Shown here one piece after another: positions 26,312-39,098 of a stretch of 64,000 nucleotides of DNA. Position 1 is the stretch's first letter, and each line of letters begins with the position of its first letter. The stretch spans positions 145,886,001-145,950,000 of the forward strand of contig JBNRSN020000001.1 of assembly GCA_051313645.2 (NCBI GenBank), read 5' to 3'. A model generated the notes under the pieces. The model searched no databases. It had not been told where the DNA came from and worked only from the letters and a program-made list of their open reading frames with translations. Position numbers and translations under genes: made by a program. The DNA is from Centroscyllium fabricii. Taxonomy: Eukaryota.

Positions 26312-27099
26312 ACATAGAACATAGAACATACATAGAACATACAGCACTGTACAGGCCCTTGGACCCTCAATGTAGTGCCGTGCTTAGTCCGTCTCTGATT
26401 TTTCCTGTCCCCCCTACTCTTCCTTCCCCTCCATGTACCTATCTATCATCCTTTTAAAAGCTCCCAGACTGTCCACATCCACTATTTCAGATGGTAGCCT
26501 ATTCCACTCCCCGACCACTCTCTGTGTAAAGAACTTGCCCCTGCCATCCCTTCTGAATCTTCCTCCTTGAATCTTGTGCTCGTGCCCTCTTGTTGTCGTT
26601 CTTCCCACCCGGGGAAACAGTCTCTGCACGTTTACTCTATCGATCCCCTTCATCATCTTAAACATCTCTATTAAGTCCCCCCTCTTCCTTCTCCGCTCCA
26701 GGGAGAAGAGTCCCAGCTCCCTCAACCTCTCCTCGTACGACTTTCCCCCCATTCCCGGCAGCATCCTGGTGAATCTCCTCTGTACCCTCTCCAACGCCTC
26801 CACATCCCTCCTGTAGTACGATGCCCAGAACTGCACACAGTACTCCAAGTGTGGTCTCACCAGTGACCTGTACAGCTGTAGCATGACCTCCCGGTTCTTA
26901 AACTCTATTCCCCTGTTGATGAAGGCCAATACACCATAGGCCTTTTTTACTGCCTTATCCACCTGGGTGGCAGCCTTCAATGATCTGTGTACATATACTC
27001 CCAGATCCCTTTGCTCCTCTGCTTCGCTCAGGACCCTGCCGTTGACCCTATATTCCCTATTCCTATTTGCCCTACCGAAGTGTATCACCTTGATACACC
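26312..27099 (-). mobile_element. 5'-truncated CR1 LINE inserted in the 3' LTR of A
   Basis: ORF 26414-27088 (RDLGV, VRPHLEYCVQFW, FFTQRVV); (ctatgtt)n tail; agtta duplicated at the flanks. Confidence 0.92.
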
Positions 27100-28261
27100 A
27101 GTTATTGATGTATAAAGCTTGTTTATTCCATCAGAGACCACCATTTAAACTCCCAAGGTGAGAGGAACAATTTAAGGACTTCAAGCAGCACATAGACCCT
27201 TTTCAGGTGTGCAGATTCTGGCTCGGGGAACTGAAACAGGAAAGAAACTCAAGGATAGACAGACAAAGGTGATCTGGCTGTTAGCATTTTTGCTTAAAGT
27301 TTGTAAGGAATATGAAAAGAGTGAGAATTGATGCAGAAACAGTTAAAGATGGAAGCAATGATAGTGGAGTTAGAGAATAACTTGGAGAAATGTTATGAAG
27401 AGGAGGTTTTAAACAGCTGCTGGAGAATTAAATCCAGGAACTTAAAGATAAGATTGTTGAACAACAAACAGCAGGAGTACTTGCTCAGAAACTTTACTTC
27501 AAGGAACCATCTCAAAACTGAGAATCAGATGTTTAGGGCACAAGGTGTAAGTTGTGGAAAGGAGCAGCTGGAGAAGAAACGTGAGAGGTATAAATATAAT
27601 CTAAAGGAATGCAGAACGGGAGTTGAGGGCTGAGACCAACAAGGAAAAAAGAAGTGGTAGCTTTTCTGAAAAGTGATCCTGGAAAGGGACTGGGACACTC
27701 AACTGGTTTCCCAGCGCCCCCTTCCCCGATACTTGAAATCACCCTCCTGCCCACCAATGGAGAAGAAGGAAAGGAATTGTGCAAGAGGAGGTGGAGTTAA
27801 TGTCAGCCAGTCAGAGGTTGCAAAAGGAGTTACGTAAAAATCCCTTGGTTAGATACACACAGAATAACAAAAGAATCAGGGAAAAACCCACAAAACTATT
27901 GCCCGGACCTTCACCATACCAGGCTTGGGTGAGGACGCAGACTGTAGGCCTGAGGTTTACAATCAGTACAGAATGGGGTCCAGTAGCAAACATCAGAAAT
28001 TAAAAATTGCTTTGATAGAAAAAGGCTAAAAGTAAAAGGCTACAGGATTTCTTTTGTTTTCAGTGTACTGTCTCTTTAAAAGTGTGCATGAATGTTCACT
28101 TTGTGGTGCCGCTGGCTGCGGCTGGCTTCACCCCTTTCACTGTCTGTAATGGTTAATCATTTATAAGCTCTAGTTTAATTAACATTAAGAACTTCCTGCA
28201 AAAGCTAACGTCCTCCTCAGTTATATTCAGTAAATTTACAGTTATTTGGAAAGCATTGGGG

Positions 28262-28860
28262 TTCATTTCTGAGGGATAGAAGTTTTGTTAAACCTGGATA
28301 GAAGCTTGGTTAGACCACACCTGGAGTACTGTCAACAGTCCTGGGCTCCATATTATAAAAAGGATATAGAGGCACTGGAGAAGGTGCAAAATAGGTTCAC
28401 AAGGATGATACCAGATCTGAGAGGATATACTTATCAGGAAAGGATGACCAGGCTAGGACTCTTCTCTAGAAAAGAGAAGACAGAAGGGTGACCTGATAGA
28501 GGTCTTTCAGATTCTGAGAGGGTCTAATAGGGTAGACGTAGAGAAAAGGTTTCCACTTGTGGGGGAGTCCAAAACTAGAGGTCATAAATATAAGATAGTC
28601 ATTAATAAATCCAATAGGGAATTCAGTCAAACTTTCTTTACCCAAAGAGTGGTAATAATGTAGAATGCGCTACCATAAGGAGTAGTTGAGGCAAGTAGCA
28701 GAGATGCATTTAAAGGGAAGCTAGAAAAGCACATGAGGGAGAAAGGAATAGAAGGATATGCTGATAGGGTTAGATGAAGCAAGGTGGGGGGAGGTTCGTG
28801 TGGAGCATAAACGCCAGCATAGATCAGTTAGGCCGAATGGCTTGTTTCTGTGCTATAGAC
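28262..28860 (+). mobile_element. Decayed CR1 LINE 3' fragment
   Basis: SLVRPHLEYC...IEALEKVQNRFTRMIP with frameshifts. Confidence 0.85.
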
Positions 28861-28866
28861 TCCATG

Positions 28867-29747
28867 GGCTGAATCTGAACCGAACCCACCTTGAACCCGC
28901 CGACTTACAGTTTTAACGGAGGCGGAGCGAGGGGCGGGCAACAAATCCACCCGCAGGAAGTGCATTGGTCATTTAAATATTATAATGAGGCTGCCTGCCT
29001 TCATTTTAGCAATCATTCTATTTTTAACCACAGTTGTCCAGGTTTTACAGACCTCGAGAAACCCGGTAGCTTAAAGGAGGCGAGAAGGTCAGAATCCATA
29101 AGGTAAGTGCCTTTAGAGGACTGCTTGTGGGCCAGGAGGAGCAGGAGTGCTTCCCCTAGGCCCAGCAAGCTACCCAATAAACGCCCCCTCCGCCGGTGAG
29201 CTGTCCTCTCCCTCCCACCCATCATCTGCCCCCCCACCGACCTCCACTGGACCGGCTCCCCACAATCAGAACTCCCCAGACCACCATTGAACCCGCCCCA
29301 CTCAACTGGGATCCACACCCCAGACCACCATCGGACACCCCCTCCACAATCGGGACTGTACCCCAGACCACCATCAGTACCCCCTCCCACAATCGGGATC
29401 CCCCAGACCACCATCAGTATCCCCTCCCACAATCGAGACCCCCCCCCCAGACCACCATCAGTACCCCCTCCCACAATCAGGACCCCTCAGACCACATTCA
29501 GATCACTGCCATGATCTGGAACCCCCCACGTTCTCTCTCACTCCCCCAAAACACTTACCTACTCTCCTAGGCTTGTGAAGTAGGCTTCCTGCCCAAGAGC
29601 CCTTCAGTCTGTCAATCAGGCTGCCTGTGGGTGGGAACCCCACTTAAAGGGGCACTACAGTTAAATTCTGCAGGACATTCAGGAAACCTCTAGTTCCGGG
29701 TTTCCCAACCCCAACACAGAACTCGGCTCCAGGCTAAAATCCAGGCC
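28867..29747. mobile_element. Non-autonomous TIR element containing a C-rich minisatellite
   Basis: Ends gggctgaatct / aaaatccaggcc; about 38-bp units (cccctcccacaatcggga..ccccagaccaccatcagta) at about 29255-29500; internal similarity to the adjacent element. Confidence 0.5.
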
Positions 29748-29750
29748 TAT

Positions 29751-30431
29751 GGCTCCGATCTTGACTGGGGTGGGTTTGGTAAGCTGGGGAGTAGAGTTTT
29801 GGTCACAAAACCCAGAAGTCTGATTTTCTCCGCGTGCTGTGGAGTTTTGAATCCACAGTGTGTGTATTTGCTTTTACAGCAGGTCTCCACCTGGAAGTCA
29901 GTCTAATTAACAGGCTTGGCTTCCAGTCTGCTGGGGAGCACTCTGGAGCAGGCTGCAGCTGCAGAAAAGGACCTAACAGCTGCTAGTGGGAGCATGGGGA
30001 AAGGATCCGCTCCCCGATCGGGCAGTCTTTTTATAGGGGGAGTCTGATGTGGAGGGAGGTCCGATCCAAGGGAACAAGAGAAGCTTGGGGGGCCGGGGTG
30101 GGGTGGGGTGGAGGGAAAGGACCCCTGCTTCTCCTGGCCCACAAGCAGTGCTGCAAAGGCACTTACCTTCTCCCCGAAGCAGTCAAGCAGTCCTCGCCTC
30201 CCTTTATCTGCCGGGTTCCTCGCAGCCTGGGAAATCTGGCCAGCTAGGGTTAAACCTGTAAAAAAGATTAAATCTGAGGCAGCCAGCCTCATTAAATTAT
30301 TTAAATGGCCAACCTGACTCCTGGGAGCGTATTGGCTAGCTGCCCCTTGTCCCGCCTCCAGTAAACCCGGAACTGGGTGGGTTGGGGTTTGAGATTTTTA
30401 AATCTCACCCAACCCCCAACCCACCTGTTTT
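29751..30431. mobile_element. Related non-autonomous TIR element in opposite orientation
   Basis: Shares gaggcagccagcctcatta and ctcctggcccacaagcag blocks, in reverse complement, with 28867-29747. Confidence 0.5.
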
Positions 30432-32008
30432 TGGGGGTTAAAATTCAACCTGATGTAACTATGAAACTCAAGGCATACCAAAAAAAGAACAAGAGGAAGA
30501 TGACTTGTAACCTATTGAGTATTTGTAAGCATGTGCTGTACTAACTTTATATGTATATCTGTTATTTTGAGATACGAGTTTCTCTGTGTTTGGGACTGAA
30601 CTGAATTAGAGTAATTGAAGCTAACTACCCTGAGTTTACAGACGGGGGTGGTCTTGACTTTGTGCGATGGTGTGGGGCTTGTTGCCAACAGGGTCACGAT
30701 CTACCCCCCCGAGAGTCTGATCAAATTATTAAATTATGACTACTGGTCTTCTATTGTGGCCACTTTTGAAGACTGGTTATGGAAATTATGTGATCAGTCT
30801 CTAGTTCATGACATGGGATTGTTACATAGCAATTAGTATCTCTGTCTTCATCGCCAATAACAGGGAATGAATAACTTAAGGTGGATAAGGAATTAACGCT
30901 GTGTGTAATTAAGGTAACTGGAGCTGTTATGTTAAGTATCGGAGAACGTGAACACAGTTTATAACTAAGAAAGCCTAGTTAAATATAAGGCATTAATGAG
31001 GTCCAATTTAAGACGGAACCCTTAAATATTGGGAGATTAAGGTAGACCTGCTTTGTCTCATTTGCTTTGATCTATTTTTAAAGACAGTTAATTCCAACAT
31101 GATGTATTGGATTGAGTTTGGTAATAAACAGCACCCTCTGAAGGCCCTGTCATACCTAGACGTTTTAGCCAGCGTATGCAAATTTGGCTAAAACGCTGGT
31201 TTACGTCGGATACGTTATGGGTACGTTTTGTATACGTTAAGAGCACGCTGGCATACGCTGGACATACGTTGTATACGTCGTTGTTCTTCGAATAAGTCGA
31301 GATTTTTTGAGCATGCACAAAAAATCGTGACGTATCTAGCGTATGATTCAAACGTTCCGCATACGCTGGCCATACGTTGTAGGCACGTTAGGCGATCGTT
31401 GACACACGTTACTTGTAAGTTAGTCATACGTCAAAATACGTCGAGATAATGTTTAGCGTACCTGGAACTTATGTCTAACCTATGAGTAACGTGCTTTGAA
31501 CTTATGTGTAACGTATCTCCAACGTATTTGACGTCTTCCGGACGACCACAGAACTTACTGAACGTGTTTCTAACTTACAGCTCCTGATGAACATCTTAAA
31601 AAGCCTTTTCTCCCCACTCACTCTCTCTCTCTCTCCCCACTATCTCTCTCTCCCTCGCTCTCTCTCCCGGTCTCTCCCCACTCCCTCTCCCTCTCTCTCT
31701 CTCCATTATATTATTATACCTTTTCCAAAGTGTATGAATTTATTATTGTTAATTATTGTTTATGATTTAAATATTAAAACAATAACATCAACAAACATCA
31801 ATAGTTTGCTCAACTTTTATTAAATAATTTAACATGATAACAATGGTCTAAAAACGTATAGACAAAATGGCACAAACATGGCAAAAACAATCTCAACTTC
31901 TCTGAAACATCAAACCTATATACAAAATTGCACAAACATGGCAAAAACAATCGAAAAATCAAAACTATATACAAAATTGCACAAACATGTCAAAAACAAT
32001 GTCACCTT

Positions 32009-32740
32009 TCAGTCCTCTGATGGTGGAAGTGTGTTCAGCTCCTTAGACGGGCTGCTTGTAGCATTAGGACCGCTGGAAAAGCTGAATCCTGAGATATTAA
32101 ACACCTCAGTACTGTCAAAGGTGCTTTGGCTCTTGTTCAGTACCTGGCCAGCCGAGCCTATAGCAGCAGATGAAGAGGCGAGGCTTGGCTGCTGCATCAT
32201 CAGAGGAGGAGGAGGATGCTGGAACACAAGCTGAGGGGGAGGAGGCATCATCTGCTGATAATGTGGCATCATCTGGTGGTACGGTCCACAGACTGATGCA
32301 GCCGGTGCCGTGTGTCTCCACCTGTCGGTATGTTGCTGGAACATCGGTGACGCCGTGGGGGTGTAGGTAGCTGGTGCTGAGGGTGATCGCACGTAAATGG
32401 GGGTTTCTTCCTCAGTGTCCTCCACCAGCAGCTCAGTGAAGATGGTGTTGATGCGCAACCTTGCCTCCTGGAATTTGCGGATGGGCATGCTGACCAGGGT
32501 GTCACGCACGTAGTTGGCGAAGGCTGAGGTGGTTGTGATGGGCTGAGGCTGTGCCAGATTTTTGAGGAGCTCCCCAGTCTCGTGCAGCCTCTTCTGGAGT
32601 GACTGCAGCTGGTCATCGTCCTGGCCACGCTTCCCCCTGGGGACAGGGGAGGGTGTGCTGTCGTCAAGCAACATCATCTCTGCACAGGCAGCCTCGCCAG
32701 CCTCGAGGTCCCCGCTGTGTGCTGCAATGGTTTCCTTTAC
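32009..32740 (-). CDS. MADF-domain protein, exon 2 (BESS-like motif, Q/P-rich tail)
   Basis: Acceptor ttgcag|GTA, phase 0; open to the stop at 32009; AFANYVRDTLVSMPIRKFQEARLRINTIFTEL; spliced product 421 aa. Confidence 0.75.
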   Translation of the reverse strand, partial: VKETIAAHSGDLEAGEAACAEMMLLDDSTPSPVPRGKRGQDDDQLQSLQKRLHETGELLKNLAQPQPITTTSAFANYVRDTLVSMPIRKFQEARLRINTIFTELLVEDTEEETPIYVRSPSAPATYTPTASPMFQQHTDRWRHTAPAASVCGPYHQMMPHYQQMMPPPPQLVFQHPPPPLMMQQPSLASSSAAIGSAGQVLNKSQSTFDSTEVFNISGFSFSSGPNATSSPSKELNTLPPSED

Positions 32741-32839
32741 CTGCAATTATGACAATTGATTAGTAAAATACAATGCAAAAATACGAGGCAAAGTACAGTA
32801 AAACTAATATAGATAAATATTATTATGGATATTAATATG

Positions 32840-33892
32840 TGTAAGGGAATGGTAATGGATCTGGTGAGCGGGGCCCAAATGCAGAAACACTGAGAAACCG
32901 TCTTGATACAAAAACCCCTTTAATCTAACAAAACATGTTTGAATAAGACATACAATTCTAGACACAAGTCTTTGACTAAAGACAGGCACATACTTTAACG
33001 TTATTATTAAAACCCTAGAGGCAGAATATTAACAAGTCCTCCTCCGAACCGGACAGGCTTTCTACTGGGCGTGGAACCCTTTAAACCGACCACAACCCCA
33101 GAGAGGTACAAGCCTTAGTGAAATCTGTTATCATGACCACTTCCATCAGAGAGGAACAAGTTCCACGCAGCCAAGTAGTAGAGTAGCTAACATACAACAG
33201 GGCCTAATAACAACAGAATATGAACAGTCCAATTATGAAGGTAGAATGCAATAATGTCCAGCTCCTCTGTTCCACCACTGAGACTTAACCCCATGGTAAC
33301 AGGCAGGAAAGAGAATTCCTGATCTTCCTAACAGATGTCCAAACCTCGGTTCGGGTGAATTAAGCCAATGTCCAAGGAGTAGAAATGGGTCCGACCTACT
33401 TCTTCTGCTCCACCACGGAGACTTAACCCCATGGCATCAGGCAGTAGCGCACCAGGTCTACTGGCAGGGGAACTCCCTTACCCAACAGATGAGTGTCCAT
33501 GTCTGAGTCCCAGATAGCAGGGTACTATGTCAAGACAGAGTGATGTGGGCTCGGTCCCATAGTCCCTCTTAAGGCGGCTCAGAGAAGCAGAGCAAATCCC
33601 TTCTGCTTCTTTTCCATCCAGTGAAGTGTGATATCATAGAAAGTCCTGCAATGATCCCGCAACCTGTCTGGTCAAACCATGGGCTAATAAACCCAAACCA
33701 GCCTAATCAGATGATTGATGTTGACCAATCAGGGTGCAGGCATATACAAACAGAAAACACCTGGTTGTGAACAACCCAATTGATACACTTAACCCACACA
33801 TAGAACAACACTTAGAACCAAAATGGGAACATTAAAGGGATATGCCCAAATAAAACATGGATGCCTTAAAGGGGGCATGCCAAACTGTGACA
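32840..33892. mobile_element. Probable solo LTR (1053 bp) in the MADF gene intron
   Basis: TGTAA...TGACA ends, flanking 6-bp duplication aatatg (32834-32839/33893-33898). Confidence 0.7.
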
Positions 33893-33911
33893 AATATGTG
33901 TTTATACTTAC

Positions 33912-34445
33912 ACTGTGGACGGGCTCAGGACGATGGCGGACCACAGTCTTGAGGAAGCCGAACTTTGCCTTCACCCACTGCTCCCTCTCTGTCAGTTCCG
34001 GGGCGCCATCACCGCTCTTCTTCTTGTGGAGACGGGTGTGGGTGTCTCGCAGGGACTTGAACCACCCTTGAAGGTGCTCGACACTCTTCCCCATGGCCTT
34101 TGCCTGATCCTCCCAGAGCTTTGCCTTCTTGTCCACCCTCCGGTAGTCAGTTTTTTTAATGTCCCAGAGAATGGCGTTCTCAAAAAGAAAATCGCACATC
34201 AGCTGCTCCTCTTCAACATCAAGACAAAACTGTGTCTTCTTGGCCCTCTTCTTCACAAGGGTTGTTTGAGAGGAGGTGGAGGCCACGGACGCAGCCACCG
34301 ACGATGCCCGAGAGGCGTTGGAACCAGCATCCTCTCCGTCAGAGGGTGAGCGTGATGGGAAGGGTGTGGGTGATGGATCCACCATGCGTCCGCGCCCACG
34401 GCCAGGAGACTTCCTGGCAGCATTCTTGGAACTTTTCCTAGGCAT
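33912..34445 (-). CDS. MADF-domain protein, exon 1
   Basis: ATG at 34445; EEEQLMCDFLFENAILWDIKKTDYRRVDKKAKLWEDQAKAMG...WFKSLRDTHTR is a MADF signature; donor AGT|gtaagt, phase 0. Confidence 0.85.
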
Positions 34446-35968
34446 GTTGTAGAGATTTGGCAAGAACAGACTTCTCAAAGCAGATTTTCATGTAGAACTG
34501 GAATCAGTTTGGGTGGGTGGAGCTGCACTTAAATGTCTAGTGGTATGATTTGAATCGTCCAATGACAGCCTTTGAATAGGCTACACCACCTGATCGTCGG
34601 CGATAGGCTGCCGCGCGCTATGCATACGTTAGACTATCGTTGGGCATAAGTTGTGAACGCCGACAACACGCTAAGCATTCGTTGGTATAAGTTGTTCTAA
34701 AGATAGCGATACGTTCTGTGTACGTTACTAATACGTTATGCATACGTTATGCATACGTCCAATACGTTATGAATACGCTATTATATGCCCAAAACTGAAA
34801 AAAAGGTCGAAAGTTCAGCGTTTTAGCCAAATTTGCATACGCTGGCTAAAACGTCAAGGTGTGACAGGGCCTTGACATTTTGTGACTGACTGTTGTCCAA
34901 AGTCTAATAAAGTGCTGGAGCATTTTCTGCTATTTCTACTGCATCAACTGGAGACATCTTATGATTGGACCATATTGGCTGAACCACAGGTCAAAACTAC
35001 TTTAATGCTTGCACCAAAGAATTAATAAATCAAGGGGTATTGAGCGCCTCTCAACTACAAAAGGGAGATAAATGATTCAACAAAAAATAAGTTTTAATCT
35101 GAAATATTTGTAGGTATATCCTTATGTGTACATGGGATAAGGCCAGGAAACACAACTTTTAAATTTAAATATGGTGAATGTACTAAAATTCTGCCTGCCC
35201 CGATAGGATTGTGGTTCACAGCAAGTAATATGAAAGTTAACAATAGTGATGTTAACAATCGATTAATGCTTTCTCCTTGTTTTAACAGATTTGCATTCCC
35301 TAAGGATGTAAGTTCTTTATTGTTCTAAAGTGTACCTGTGATCTGTCACTTAAGGTAGCAATGGTAAAGATTGTGAAAACTTTGGTGGCTTTGTGAATAA
35401 TGTTTGAATAAAATTAAAGAGAAGTCTGAACCCTTTAGGCTGAAATTTATTTGATAGAATTCATATGCATTTGATTGGGAAAATCATATCTATGCGCCAT
35501 GATTTTTGTGCAAGTTTAATTTTAAGTGAAATTGATTGTAGCAAGTTTTATGAATCCAAAGGATTTGTTACACCACCATTAATTTTGCAAAGAGTCAAAA
35601 AATGTCAAACAGAGTTTTGGAGAATTACAAAGTTACAGTGACAGAGTGATGTCTGGTTTAAAATCAATTTGAACTCTGTCAAACACTGTTTCTTTAAATC
35701 AGTGTACAAGTCCAAAGCTGCTGTGGTGGTGGCTGACTACGTCCCAAGGTTTTATTTCAACGTTTGCACAGCCAAGGAGTAATTTACCATTTATTTCTAT
35801 TCACCCAAGTTATTAACAATTTAAGATCTGATTTTTGGGTGTGCTTGAATATTTACTAATCAAAACTTTGCTAAGTTGCAATGCTGAATGTAAAGCCATC
35901 ATACTGTCCAAGAGTTTTTTTAAGAACTCAAGTTGATTGCCTCAAGTTTTGGTTTATGCTACTTGGCT

Positions 35969-36380
35969 GGGCAGCATGGTGGCATAGTGGTTAGCACTGT
36001 TGCCTCACAGCACTGGAGACCCGGGTTCAAATCCAGCCTCGGGTACTATCTGTGTGGAGTTTGCACATTCTCCCCGTGTCTGCGTGGGTTTCCTCCGGGT
36101 GCTCCGGTTTCCTCCCACAGTCCAAAGATGTGCGGGTTAGGTTGATTGTCCATGATAAATTGACCCTTAGTGTTAGGGGGATCGAAAATGTGGGATTATG
36201 GGGATAGGGTGGGATATGTGTCGGTGTAGGCTCGATAGGGATCGAGGGATATGGGGACAAGGCAGGGACAAGGTACTGGGTTTGGATGATCAGCCATGAT
36301 CTCGTTGAATGGCGGAGCAGGCTCGAAGGGCCAAATGGCCTACTCCTGCTCCTATCTTCTATGTTTCTATGTTTCTATGT
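35969..36380 (+). mobile_element. V-SINE (HE1-like)
   Basis: Near-identical to 3119-3523, with A/B boxes and (tctatgtt)n tail. Confidence 0.9.
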
Positions 36381-38721
36381 TATTTACTTGTTTTGGCAAA
36401 CATTAGAAGATCATCAAATGTCACAGCATGGTGACAAGGTGAAGTAAAGTTTAGCTCAAAAGCCTAGTTTGAACCCATTCAGTGTATTTTATCAGCTTCT
36501 GACACAAATTGCTCGAAGGAGAAGAACTGATTGAAATAGATGTGATATTGAAAGGGGTCTAAAAAGGATGTATTCATATTGTTGTGTTTTGAGTTTGCTT
36601 TAATTAAGTTTGTCCCGGTACCTGGGTGTTACCTGAAGGGAGGAGCCTGGGGGTCCTGTTTGACTTTAGTTTCACTTTCGATTTGGGACTCTGCTTTGCA
36701 GACCATGTGCTGTAATGTCCACCAACTTACTCAGTAAATAGTTAAAAGTACAGTCCGTTCCTCTACTCATTACTGTTCGGTCAAGATGCAATACTGGCGA
36801 CGAGGCGGCTATTGTACTCTCTAAAAGGACGGAGATAGACATGCGAATCTACAGCCGTGATATTGGAAACGGCGATGAGCGAGCCACTCAGCTAGCAACA
36901 TCAATAGCATTTTGATAGTTGGCTAGCTGTGACATAGACGGTGGACAGAGTATTGTGCGGGCCAGGCAACTACCGTGAGTGTAGCTAACGTAACTCTGGC
37001 CGGAGGAGAAAAAGAACATTAAAAAAAAGAGAAAAGTAAAAAAGTCCGTGGATCTTAAAGGTACAGTGCACATTAAAACTATGACTACCTTGGGACGTAT
37101 TGAAGAGTTATCTGGGGATGAGGACAGTTCATGGGAGGAATATGCAGAAAGACTGGGGTCTTTCTTGGAGGTCAATGATATTGACAAAGAAGAGAAGAAG
37201 CACTCAGTGTTGCAAAGTGTATGCGGAGCTGTTACTTACTCCGTCCTGCGTTCATTGGTGGCTCCTCGTAAACCTAGTGAGGTGGATTATGCTGATTTGA
37301 TTGAGGAGCTGCAGAAACATTTTAACCCAAAACCCTCAGAGATTGTGCAGCGTTTCCATTTTCACAATTGTAAACAACAGCCTGGACAATCTATTTCAAG
37401 TTACATTGCTGAGTTGAGGAAACGCTCATTACATTGTAATTTTGGTGACCATTTAGACAAGATGCTCCGTGATCGGATTGTGTGTGGAGTGCTGGACTCG
37501 GCATTGCAGAGACAGCTGTTAGCGGAGAAGGTCCTGATGTTCTGACTGGTCGAGGAGAAGGCTTTAGCAGCAGAGGCTGCATCGATGAACACATGTATGC
37601 TCCGTACAGAGGGAGCGCCATCTCAGGCCGCCGAGGAGGTGCACAAGACCAAACACACAGCTGCTGCTGCGAGAGACATAGAGGCAACTAAAGAGACAGA
37701 AATTTTTTTTTCCACTGTGGGGCTCTCCATGGTCCCACTACATGCAAATTTGTGTCAGCGGTATGTCATTTCTGTAAGAAAAGAGAACACATAGCTCGTG
37801 TCTGCATGAAGAAAGCTCAAGCTGCTACAGCAGAGCCAACACAAGCACCGCAGACACACACCCTGACACTGCAAGACAATGATGAGTACACAGTGTATAC
37901 CACGGAAGCTGCACAGCTACCCCACAGACGGTGGGGGTACACGGTAAATGTGATCATGAATGGGGCACCACTCTGCATGGAGTTGGATTCAGGCTCAGCG
38001 TATTCGTTGATAAGTGAAGAGTCTTACAATAGGCTGTGGCCAAGTGAACCCCCGGCAATGGCTCAGGTCAGTGGCGTGCTACGGCAGTGGTGCCAAGCTC
38101 AACTCCAGGTGCTGGGTATGATTCATGTGGAAATTAAGCATCAAGCAGTCATGGATACACTTCCACTTTATGTGGTGGCGGGGCAGGGCACAAGCCTGCT
38201 GGGCAGATATTGGCTTGAGCCCCTCGGTATTGAAGTGACAGGAGTACACACAGTACAGCGACAGCCCATAATGCCTATGTTGGAGAACTCTAAAGAGGTT
38301 TTTGGTGAGTTCGGAGCCTGTCGGGGACCGCCAGTTTCAATCGAAGTGGACCCAGGGATGCGGCTAAGTTCTTCAAGGCGCGACCAGTGCCTTTTGCGTT
38401 GCACAAGAAGGTGGATGAGGCCTTGGATAAGCTGGTGAACCAGGGGGTTCTCTTGCCAGTGAAGAACTCCCATTGGGCCACCCCTATTGTGCCCATTGCA
38501 AAGAATGATGGGGGCCTGCGAATCTGTGGAGATTACAGATGTACGGTTAATACAGCTGTGTTACCAGATGTGTATCCCTTACCAACAGTTACAGAGCTAT
38601 TGTCAACATTGGCTGGAGACACCCTGTTCACCAAGTTGGATCTTAAGCAAGCATACCAGCAACTGGCCTTGGATGAAGAGTCAGCCGAGCTGTTGACAAC
38701 ACCCACAGAGGACTTTTCCAC

Positions 38722-39098
38722 AGAAACACAGAAACACAGAAGATAGGAGCAGGAGTAGGCCATTCGGCCCTTCGAGCCTGCTCCGCCATTTTGATGAGAT
38801 CATGGCTGATCATCCAAACCCAGCACCCTCCTCCTACCCTCTCCCCATATCCCCCAACACCCCCAACTCCTAGAACAATGTCTCACACACATACTCATGG
38901 GAAATTTTTAGTATCTCCAATTCACCTAACCTGCATGTCTATGGGTGGTGGGAGGAAACCGGAGTACCCGGAGGAAACCCACACGAACACGGGGAGAACA
39001 TGCAAACTCCACGCAGAGAGGTCCCGGGCCAAGCAGGATTCGAACACAGGAGCTCCTTATTGCGAGGCAGCAGTGCTAACCACTGCACCACCGTGTCG
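38722..39098 (-). mobile_element. V-SINE inserted in the RT of E
   Basis: Reverse-complement A/B boxes, V-domain and CR1-like tail; tccac flanking duplication. Confidence 0.85.

Larger units (their letters stand above)
17642..27133 (+). mobile_element. Gypsy element A (YLDN, no tRNA PBS lineage), full-length but decayed
   Basis: TSD gagac; LTRs 17642-17857 and 26125-27133 (3' LTR split by CR1); gag from 17941 (MESILRPKSLDLDP), CCHC knuckle, protease LIDSGS, RT, RNase H, integrase; interrupted by CR1 and element B. Confidence 0.93.
31142..34872 (-). mobile_element. Harbinger-type transposon lacking transposase, carrying only a MADF gene
   Basis: About 57-bp near-perfect TIRs (aggccctgtcatacctagacgttttagccagcgtatgcaaatttggctaaaacgctg), 3-bp TSD tga, CpG-rich subterminal repeats. 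Confidence 0.9.
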
